From Halobacteriales archaeon QS_1_68_20 (GTDB lineage: Archaea > Halobacteriota > Halobacteria > Halobacteriales > PXRE01), in the NCBI GenBank assembly GCA_003021085.1, contig PXRE01000026.1, forward strand, positions 66,559 to 130,558: 64,000 bases of DNA. The letters are read 5' to 3'. Below, one piece after another: positions 1-7,374 of the stretch. The position numbers and the translations under genes were made by a program. Under the pieces are notes generated by a model that did no database searches, was not told where the DNA came from, and saw nothing but the letters and a program-made list of their open reading frames with translations. Every line of letters starts with the position of its first letter. Position 1 is the stretch's first letter.

Positions 1-776
1 TCGTACGCTTCGCCGTAGGCGTCCGCGACGGCCGCAAGGTCGTCGCGCTCCGCACTGGTCAGCGCCGGCAGCGCCACCGTGGCCCGCGGATCCATGAGGT
101 TGGAGACGTTCTGGACGGTCTCCTCCAGGTAGCCCTCTCGCGGCCCGCCGACGGCGACCTGGTGGGCCTTCGCGTACCGGCTGCCGTCGAAGATGCGCGC
201 CCGGCCCGGGTCGACGACCGCGACGGCGTCGAACTCGACGGTCCGGATGGGCAAGGCCACGTCGCCGTAGGACTCCACGACCGCGGGATCGGTCGCCCGG
301 ACGGGTTCGGTCAGCCCCCGGATCGCCTGGAGGTGGTGTCGCTCCATCACCGCGTTGGCCTCCTCCAGCGAGTCGACGACGAGCGCGTCCGCCAGCGGGA
401 GGTGCTCGCGGGCGTGGTCGGGGAGGGCCGCGCGACCGTTGACCACGAAGTCGTCGCCCACGCGGTCGACCAGGAACTCCCGGTCGGCGCGGCCGAGCAG
501 TCCCGACCCGCCGCCGGGCGCGGGCCGCCAGAGTCTGTGGACGGGATTGATGGCCTCGGGTTCGTGGTCGCCCGCGCTCGCGTCGACGAGGCGCTTCGCG
601 TCCTTGCCGTACAGTCGGCCGTCCTCGACGGCGGCGTGGTAGTCGTCGTGGTCGTACCAGTAGTCGTTGCCAGCGCGGGGCTTGAAGCCGACGCCGTCGA
701 CTCGATCGAGGAGGCCGACCGAGAACGTCGTCTTGCCGGCGTCGACCGTCGCGCCGCCTGCGACCAGCAGGTTCAT
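1..776 (-). CDS. P-loop ATPase/GTPase-like protein (N-terminal part; gene runs off the window start)
   Basis: Absent from the ORF track because there is no stop inside the window. My minus-strand translation from the ATG at 776-774 gives MNLLVAGGATVDAGKTTFSVGLLDRVDGVGFKPRAGNDYWYDHDDY..., with a Walker-A-like G-x4-GKT. The frame stays open to nt 1 and the composition is acidic. Confidence 0.65.
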   Translation of the reverse strand, partial: MNLLVAGGATVDAGKTTFSVGLLDRVDGVGFKPRAGNDYWYDHDDYHAAVEDGRLYGKDAKRLVDASAGDHEPEAINPVHRLWRPAPGGGSGLLGRADREFLVDRVGDDFVVNGRAALPDHAREHLPLADALVVDSLEEANAVMERHHLQAIRGLTEPVRATDPAVVESYGDVALPIRTVEFDAVAVVDPGRARIFDGSRYAKAHQVAVGGPREGYLEETVQNVSNLMDPRATVALPALTSAERDDLAAVADAYGEAY

Positions 777-777
777 G

Positions 778-1044
778 CTACGTCTTCAGGCCGTAGTAGC
801 CGGGTTCGTCGTCGGCCTGCGGTTCGGCCACCACGAGGTCGTCGGCGTTGAACACGATCCAGGGGATGGCCCAGTCCAGCAGGACGTTCTCGGTCTCGGG
901 GTCCAGTTCCGCGTCGGGGTCCAGTTCCTGGAGCAACCGGGCGATCTCGTAGACGGTGTACATCTCGTCGGGGTCGAGCAACTCCTCGGGCGCGTAGAAG
1001 TCACAGGGGTGAATCTGGTCGAACGAGGACTTCGCTCGGGGCAT
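778..1044 (-). CDS. small acidic hypothetical protein (88 aa)
   Basis: Track ORF MPRAKSSFDQIHPCDFYAPEELLDPDEMY... has haloarchaeal acidic composition. Its stop lies 1 nt from the start of the downstream P-loop gene, so they are probably co-transcribed. Confidence 0.55.
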   Translation of the reverse strand: MPRAKSSFDQIHPCDFYAPEELLDPDEMYTVYEIARLLQELDPDAELDPETENVLLDWAIPWIVFNADDLVVAEPQADDEPGYYGLKT

Positions 1045-1149
1045 GACGGAGGGTACGGGTGACCGGCGGGTAAATCATCCGATTCGCGCAGGGTTTCGGT
1101 CCGGACGAAGCCGATAGTTACTTTGGACGATGCACTCATTCGTTCATCA

Positions 1150-2826
1150 ATGGCGACGCCGCTCAAAATCGCCTACGCAGGGTTCCTACTGACCGGCATG
1201 TCGCTTGCTGGCGTTTTCGGGACCGTAGCGTGGCGGCGGCGGCCGTCGCGCGAGGCGACCGCGCTGGTCGTCCTCGCGGCCGGCATCGTCCTCTGGCTGG
1301 TGGGAACGACGGCGAGTCTGTTCGTCGACCCCCTGTCGGCCAGGGTGTTCGCGCAGAAGTTCTCGTACTTCGGCATCGTCTCCACGACGCCGGCGTTCCT
1401 GGTGTTGACGCTCCTGTACACCGGCCGCGAGGCGTGGGTCGACCGACGACTCTTGGGCGTCCTCTCGGTCGAACCCGTGGTCTTCCTGATCGGGCTGTGG
1501 ACGACCCCGGAACTGGTGTACGAGTCGGTCTCGGTCACCGGTTCGTCGCTGGCGTTCGACGTGGTGCACGGACCGCTGTTCTGGGTCCACGTCGTCTACG
1601 CGTACGTGCTGACGCTGATCGCGACCGCGCTGCTACTGGAGTTTCTCTACCGCACGCAGTACCTCTACACCAAACAGGTACTGGCGCTCCTGACGGCGGT
1701 GGCTGCCCCCTGGTTCGGGAACATGCTCTACCTCGGCGGGGCCGTCCCGTTCGACCCCACGCCCATCACGTTCGCCGTCAGCGGCACGGTGCTTACCTGG
1801 GCCGTCCTCGAAGCGGGCTTCGTCGACCTGTCGCCCATCGCCCGCGAGGCGGTCGTCGACCACGTCAACCACGGGATGCTCGTGGTCGACGAGGAGGGGC
1901 GACTCATCGACCTCAACCCGACGGGCAAGGCGATGCTCGACGCCGACGACGACATCGGGCGGCCGCTGGCGGAACTGCTCACCGACTACCCCCAACTCGT
2001 CGAGGAGTTCGCCGACGCCCACGAGAAACGCGAGAATGTGCTTCTCGACACCCCCGAGGGGCGGCGGGTGTTCGACATCGAGGTGACTCCGTTGACCGAC
2101 TACCGCGACCGCCTGCAGGGTCGGCTGTTCCTCATCCAGGACGTGACCGAACGGTGGCAGCGCGAGCAGGAACTCCAGCGACAGAACGAGCAACTTGACC
2201 GGTTCGCCTCCGTCGTCAGCCACGACCTCCGGAACCCGCTGAACGTCCTCGACGGGTACGTCGAACTCGCCCGCGAGTCCGGGGACACGGAACCGCTGGA
2301 CGCCGCCGCCGAGAGCATCGACCGGATGTACCAGCTCATCGACGACGTCCTGTCGCTGGCCCGCGAGGGCCGCCAGATCGAGTCCAGGGAACCGGTCGAA
2401 CTCCGTGCGGTCGCCCGAGACGCGTGGGCGAACCTGGAGACCACGGAGGCCACCCTCATCGTCGTCGACGACCGGACCCTCCACGCCGACCGGTCGCGAC
2501 TGGTCCAGGCGCTGGAGAACCTCTTCTGTAACGCCGTCGAGCACGGCGGCCCGGGCGTGACCGTCGAGGTCGGGACGAGCGACGACGAGCGTGGCTTCTA
2601 CGTCCAGGACGACGGTCCGGGCATCCCCCCGGACGAGCACGACGACGTGTTCGAGTACGGTTACACCACGACCGACGAGGGGACGGGGCTGGGGCTGGCC
2701 ATCGCCGACGCCATCGCGGAGGCCCACGGCTGGGAACTCCGACTGGAGGACGGTAGCACCGGAGCCAGGTTCGAGTTCCGGGACGCCAACGTCAAACGGG
2801 ACGACTCCGTCGTTCTCGCGGAGTAG
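1150..2826 (+). CDS. sensor histidine kinase (N-terminal multi-TM domain, PAS-like, HisKA, HATPase_c)
   Basis: Carries the H-box FASVVSHDLRNPLN, G-boxes DDGPGIP and GTGLGLAI, and an N-terminal hydrophobic 6-7 helix region. The first ATG is at 1150; the track ORF starts at a TTG at 1123. Confidence 0.9.
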   Translation: MATPLKIAYAGFLLTGMSLAGVFGTVAWRRRPSREATALVVLAAGIVLWLVGTTASLFVDPLSARVFAQKFSYFGIVSTTPAFLVLTLLYTGREAWVDRRLLGVLSVEPVVFLIGLWTTPELVYESVSVTGSSLAFDVVHGPLFWVHVVYAYVLTLIATALLLEFLYRTQYLYTKQVLALLTAVAAPWFGNMLYLGGAVPFDPTPITFAVSGTVLTWAVLEAGFVDLSPIAREAVVDHVNHGMLVVDEEGRLIDLNPTGKAMLDADDDIGRPLAELLTDYPQLVEEFADAHEKRENVLLDTPEGRRVFDIEVTPLTDYRDRLQGRLFLIQDVTERWQREQELQRQNEQLDRFASVVSHDLRNPLNVLDGYVELARESGDTEPLDAAAESIDRMYQLIDDVLSLAREGRQIESREPVELRAVARDAWANLETTEATLIVVDDRTLHADRSRLVQALENLFCNAVEHGGPGVTVEVGTSDDERGFYVQDDGPGIPPDEHDDVFEYGYTTTDEGTGLGLAIADAIAEAHGWELRLEDGSTGARFEFRDANVKRDDSVVLAE

Positions 2827-2936
2827 CGTGGCCGGCCGGGCACGACGGCGACCCGTCGGCGGCCGCCGGACGGTCGGCTACCGGTCGGGAACACGAAAAA
2901 TCGAAACTCGACTCGGCGCTCTCCGGGAGCGGCGAT

Positions 2937-3551
2937 TCAACCCTCGTGGTTGTTGACCGTCTTCCGGTACTGGTCGGCGGCCTCGCCCCAGTCGACGACC
3001 TCGAAGAAGGCGTCGATGAAGCTGCCGCGGTCCGGGCCGTAGTCGTAGTAGTAAGAGTGCTCCCAGACGTCCAGCGCCAGGATGGGGTGAGAGCCCCACA
3101 GCGCACCCTGGTCGTGCTTGTCGACGACGAGGTTGCGGAGCTGCTTGGCGACGGGGTCGTAGACGAGCAGCGCCCAGCCACCGGCCTCCTTGGCGGCGGC
3201 CTCGAACTCGCCCTTCCAGCCCTCGTAGGAGCCGAAGTCCTCCTCGATGCGGTCCCGAAGTTCGCCCTCGGGCTCGCCCCCGCCGTTCGGCGACATCACG
3301 TTCCAGAACAGGGTGTGCAGGTAGTGGCCACAGCCGTTGTGGGTGACGTTGCGGATGGCGGAGCCGCTACTGCCGAAGTCGCCCGACTCGCGGTTCTCCG
3401 CGAGGGTCTCCTCGGCGCTGTTGAGACCGTTGACGTACCCCTGGTGGTGGGTGTCGTGGTGCCAGGTCAGCACCTGCTCGCTGATGTGGGGCGCGAGCGC
3501 GTCGTAGTCGTACGGCAGGTCCGGAAGCTTGGCGTCGGAGTACTCTCCCAT
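2937..3551 (-). CDS. sod: Mn/Fe superoxide dismutase
   Basis: MGEYSDAKLPDLPYDYDALAPHISEQVLTWHHDTHHQGYV...DVWEHSYYYDYGPDRG shows canonical Fe/Mn-SOD metal-ligand motifs. The track ORF (to 3950) is an upstream extension; the ATG is at 3551-3549. Confidence 0.95.
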   Translation of the reverse strand: MGEYSDAKLPDLPYDYDALAPHISEQVLTWHHDTHHQGYVNGLNSAEETLAENRESGDFGSSGSAIRNVTHNGCGHYLHTLFWNVMSPNGGGEPEGELRDRIEEDFGSYEGWKGEFEAAAKEAGGWALLVYDPVAKQLRNLVVDKHDQGALWGSHPILALDVWEHSYYYDYGPDRGSFIDAFFEVVDWGEAADQYRKTVNNHEG

Positions 3552-3846
3552 GGTGTAACCTCCAGTTGAAGTATCATTGCGGTTGTTGATAAAGGTTGAG
3601 GACTCGGATTCATCACAAATGTTCGATACGAACCGGAAACGCAGGCGGTCACGGCTCCGGCGGTAGCCCGACATCCGGCCGACGGGCGGCCGAACGCCCG
3701 GACCGGCGTCGAAGGTACTGAATAACTTTTTTGAAACATTTCCGAGAGGTCGGCCGGCGGGGCGGGCCGTCCTCGTCGGCGCCGTCCCGACTCGACCCCC
3801 CCCTGGCCGGGCGAAACGGTAAGCCGTTCGGGCGTCAGGACCTGTC

Positions 3847-4194
3847 ATGGGAATCGAGAAACCTGACGTCGACCCAGAGACGTTCCTGGAGGACGTAGAG
3901 ATGCGCGTCGGCGAGATCGTCTCCGCCGAGGAGTTCCCCGGGGCCCGCAAGGACCTCTACAAACTGGTGGTCGACTTCGGCGTCGAACGCCGGCAGTCGG
4001 CGGCCGGCCTGACCGACAACTACGACCCCGGGGACCTGCAGGGCCGGCAGGTCGTCGCCGTCGTCAACCTCGGCACCGTCACCGTTGCCGGGTTCGACAG
4101 CGAGTGCCTGGTGATCGGCGTCGACGACGCCGACGGCGAGGTGGTCCACCTCCGGCCGGACCGCGAGGTACCCAACGGGACCGAGGTGTATTGA
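3847..4194 (+). CDS. tRNA-binding (CsaA/EMAP-like OB-fold) domain protein
   Basis: The 115-aa sequence ...VGEIVSAEEFPGARKDLYKLVVDFGVERRQSAAGLTDNY...LQGRQVVAVVNL matches the tRNA_bind domain pattern. Confidence 0.8.
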   Translation: MGIEKPDVDPETFLEDVEMRVGEIVSAEEFPGARKDLYKLVVDFGVERRQSAAGLTDNYDPGDLQGRQVVAVVNLGTVTVAGFDSECLVIGVDDADGEVVHLRPDREVPNGTEVY

Positions 4195-4273
4195 AGAAAT
4201 TATCTCTTCAATGACACCGACCGAAGCTAGTTAGCAACATTTAGGGGCGTTCTGACTGGACGGCCTATCAACG

Positions 4274-4504
4274 ATGGCCGAAACGAAGGCGGACGGTGAA
4301 TCGCTACGGTCGGTCGGCTGGGCGATAGCGTTCGCAGTCCTCGTCGCACTGTCGGTCCCGTGGTTCCTCTGGGACGACGGGACCGTGGTCGCCGGACTGC
4401 CCGTGTGGCTGTGGTGGCACGTCGGCTGGATGGTGGTGACCTCGGTGACGTTCGCCTCGTTCGCCAGTCGCGCCTGGGGCCTCTGGGTCGAGGAGGTGGC
4501 GTAG
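4274..4504 (+). CDS. small two-helix membrane protein (DUF3311-like partner of a solute symporter)
   Basis: The 76-aa product has two hydrophobic helices rich in W. Its stop is directly followed by the symporter ATG at 4505, the typical arrangement for sodium:solute symporter (SSS) family transporters. Confidence 0.7.
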   Translation: MAETKADGESLRSVGWAIAFAVLVALSVPWFLWDDGTVVAGLPVWLWWHVGWMVVTSVTFASFASRAWGLWVEEVA

Positions 4505-5975
4505 ATGGCGGACGTCGGCCTGCAACTCGGGATCGTGACGGGCTACCTGCTCGTCGCGCTCGGGATCGGCGTGCTCGCCTACCGCGTGACCGAACGGACG
4601 GCCGAGGACTACTATCTCGCCGGGCGGTCGTTCGGGACCGTCGTCCTCCTGTGTACCGTGTTCGCCACGCTGTTGTCGGCGTTCACGTTCTTCGGCGGGC
4701 CGAACACTCTGGTACGTCGTCGGCTACCGCCAGTGGTTGCTCGGCAAGGCCAACGGCTACGTCACCCTGGGCGAGATGCTCGGCGACCGGTTCGGCTCCG
4801 ACCGTCTCCGGGCGCTCGTGGCGGGGATAAGCCTGGCCTGGCTGTTCCCGTACGTGATGCTCCAGCAGATCGGTGCCGGGAGCGCGCTGGCCGCGCTCAC
4901 CGAGGGCACCGTTCCCTTCTGGGGCGGGGCAGTGCTCGTGACGGCGTTCATGATCGTCTACGTCGTCCTCGCGGGGATGCGCGGCATCGCCTGGACCGAC
5001 ACACTCCAGGGCGCGTTCATGCTGGTGATGGTCTGGGCGGCGTTCCTGTGGGTGCTGGCTAGCGTCGGTGGAATCGGCGCCGCGACCGACGGCCTCGGCG
5101 AGACTGTCCCCGAGTTCCTCGAACTCGGCGGTGACTTCTACACGCCCCAGCGGATGCTCACCTTCGCGGTCAGCATCGCCTTCGGCGTCGCCATGTTCCC
5201 GCAGGTGAACCAGCGATTCTTCGCCGCCGGATCGGAGACGGTGCTGAAGCGCTCGTTCGTGCTGTGGCCGGTGATCGTCCTCCTGCTGTTCGTCCCCGCG
5301 TTCCTGCTGGGTGCCTGGGCCCGGGGCCTCGGTATCGCGGCCGAGGTCGGGGCCGGCGACAACGTGCTTCCCCTACTACTCTCGGAGTACACGCCCGCGT
5401 GGTTCGCCGCGCTGGTCATCGCGGGGGCCATCGCCGCGATGATGTCCTCCAGCGATTCGATGTTGCTGTCGGGCGCGTCGTACTTCACCCGCGACGTCTA
5501 CCGGCCGCTGGTCGACCCGGACCTCTCGGGCGACCGCGAGGACCTGCTGGGCAGGGTCGGCGTCGCCGTCTTCGCAGTCGGCGCGCTGGTCGCCAGTCTC
5601 CTCGTGGGCGGCAGCGCCGACGTCGGCGTGGTCGGTGACGTCCTCGTGGACGTCGGTGACACCGCCTTCGGCGGGTTCGCGCAACTGGCGTTCCCGGTGA
5701 TCGTCGCGCTGTACTGGTCCCGGACGACCAGGGCGGGGATGTACGTCGGCATCCTCGCCAGCCAGGTCGCCTACGTCGCCGGCGTGCTGTTGCCGGTCGT
5801 CGAGGTCACCGTGCCGCTGGCCGGCCAGGTTCCGCTCGGCCTACCCGAGACGTACCTCGGGTGGGGTATCTCCCTGTACTGCATGCTCCTGGGCCTGGTG
5901 CTGACGGTCGGCGTGTCGGTGGTGACTGCCTCGGCGCCAAGCGAGGACCGCGCGGCGTACGGCCTGGCGGACTGA
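4505..5975 (+). pseudogene. sodium:solute symporter (SSS family), split into two frames by a short internal deletion/frameshift near 4706-4710
   Basis: Frame A reads MADVGLQLGIVTGYLLVALGIGVLAYRVTERTAEDYYLAGRS...FTFFGGPNTL. The family-like sequence then resumes as WYVVGYRQWLLGKANGYVTLGEMLGDRFGS... in another frame (track ORFs 4505..5062 and 4737..5975). Confidence 0.75.
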
Positions 5976-6014
5976 CCCAAATGGATTAACCCCTCGGCAG
6001 GAGAACGGCCGTCC

Positions 6015-6935
6015 ATGCAGACGCACGTCGTCCCGGTCGGGTTCGACTACGACCGGCTGATCGCGCCGCTGGTCCGCGAGAAACTGGACGTCGACCGGGC
6101 GATCCTGCTGGAGGGGGCGGTCGGGAGCGAGGCCAACGTCGAGTACTCCCGGCGCATCGCCCGCAAACTGGAACAGGACTTCCGGAACCTGCTCGGCGCG
6201 GAGACCGAACGCGTCGTGGTTGAGGACGTCTACGACTACGACGCCGCCTTCGAGCAGGCGTTCGACCTCATCAACGCGGAACTGGACCGCGGCGGGGCGG
6301 GCGAGGACGCCACGGACGAGGACCCCGGCGAGGTGTGGGTCAACGTTAGCGCGATGCCCCGGACCGTCTCGTTCGCGTTCGCCACCGCCGCCCACTCGAT
6401 CATGGTCGAGCTGGAGGCCGACCGCGACCGCATCCACACATACTACACGGCCCCCGAGAAGTACCTGGAGACCGAACTCGCCGAGGAACTGCGCGCGATG
6501 GTCGGCCTGCTGGCCGACGTCCGGGACGGCGACGTCGACGCCGACGCCGTCGACGAGCACCTGGCGACGGCCCAGGACCTGCTCGCGGAGTTCGACGAGC
6601 GGGGGACGACCGTCGGAGCGAAGGAGATCGACGGGAGCCACGTCGTCGAGTTCCCGGTTGCGTCCTTCCAGAACGTCGACCCCTTCGAGGAACTGATCCT
6701 CTACAAACTCGGCGAGGACGGCGAGTTCGACTCCGTCTCGGACCTGGCGAAGGCGCTGGCCGCGGACCTCGACGAGGAGTACACCGACTCGTTCCGCTCG
6801 AAGGTCATCTACAACGTCGACAGATTGGGCCCGGGCGGCAAGGGTTACGTCGAACAGGACGCCCACGGCAAGTCCCACCGGACCCGGCTCTCGCGGATCG
6901 GTGAACTCTGGGTGCGCGCTCACGGGGACGAGTGA
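6015..6935 (+). CDS. putative transcriptional regulator, HFX_2341/DUF6293-like (Csa3/CARF-like Rossmann N-domain plus C-terminal winged helix)
   Basis: The N-terminus MQTHVVPVGFDYDRLIAPL... resembles the Csa3-type N-domain. The C-terminal ELILYKLGEDGEFDSVSDLAKAL...SKVIYNVDRL looks wHTH-like. The family name is from memory. Confidence 0.6.
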   Translation: MQTHVVPVGFDYDRLIAPLVREKLDVDRAILLEGAVGSEANVEYSRRIARKLEQDFRNLLGAETERVVVEDVYDYDAAFEQAFDLINAELDRGGAGEDATDEDPGEVWVNVSAMPRTVSFAFATAAHSIMVELEADRDRIHTYYTAPEKYLETELAEELRAMVGLLADVRDGDVDADAVDEHLATAQDLLAEFDERGTTVGAKEIDGSHVVEFPVASFQNVDPFEELILYKLGEDGEFDSVSDLAKALAADLDEEYTDSFRSKVIYNVDRLGPGGKGYVEQDAHGKSHRTRLSRIGELWVRAHGDE

Positions 6936-6959
6936 ATTGGGACGTAGCGTGTTGAGGAC

Positions 6960-7330
6960 GTTAGAGTCGTGGCGCACGCGAGCAAGGCGCGCGAGGTCTC
7001 CGCGAGTCTTGCGAGCGGAGGCTCGGGAGAGCTTGCTCTCCCGGTGGCCGGGGGAAGCGCGGCGTCTCCGGCGAGCCGTGCGAGCCGGAGGCTCGTCAGC
7101 GCTTACCTCTGACGGTGGCCCAGCGGGTCGGCCACCGCGCCGAGTCCCGCGGTTGGGGAGGGTGGGGTTGACCCCTAGGTGTTGCGTGCCGCTAGCGTTG
7201 CCCGTTCGAACCGTGAACACTAGCGACCACTTGACCTAGGGATATCCACGCCCTCCCCAACCGATTGCGCTCCTCGCTTCGCTCCGGTGCTCATCCCTCG
7301 CGCGCGGCAACCGCAACGTGGCAGGTTGGG
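6960..7330. repeat. intergenic composite repeat, locus A (contains a 115-bp inverted-repeat unit at 7149-7263)
   Basis: GGTTGGGGAGGG at 7150-7161 and its reverse complement CCCTCCCCAACC at 7251-7262 flank a direct repeat TTGACC(C)CTAGG. The right half (7247-7312) is the reverse complement of the module upstream of CGGCTGGGGAGG in locus D. Small hairpins lie at 7025-7042 and 7114-7136. Confidence 0.7.
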
Positions 7331-7374
7331 CTGAACGAACCAACCGAAGTAAAACGAAGCCGAAGTTCAGGTCG

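Noticed and set aside
162-851. 229-aa plus-strand ORF at the window start (also 355..642 and 667..1062)
   Set aside because: The composition is Arg/Gly/Val-rich. It is antisense to a much better minus-strand P-loop gene that stays open to nt 1, a typical high-GC shadow ORF.
2937-3950. N-terminal extensions of track ORFs (sod to 3950, lhr to 10335, rqcH to 18199, elp3 to 26346, FMN reductase to 33625, mutY to 36895, MgtC-like to 40410, CoA-transferase to 61137, among others)
   Set aside because: The extensions are basic, low-complexity, and run into intergenic or repeat DNA. Internal ATG/GTG codons coincide with the family N-termini and, in several cases, with TATA boxes at leaderless spacing.
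4191-4211. Hairpin TTGAAGA-aattatc-TCTTCAA overlapping the stop codon of the tRNA-binding-domain gene, as a terminator
   Set aside because: It is a 7-bp AT-rich stem with no following T-run. Archaeal termination mainly uses oligo-T, so the evidence is too weak to call.
5841-7220. 459-aa minus-strand ORF overlapping the symporter end, the regulator gene and repeat locus A
   Set aside because: Arg/Pro/Gly-rich nonsense. It is antisense to a well-formed acidic gene and runs through non-coding repeats.
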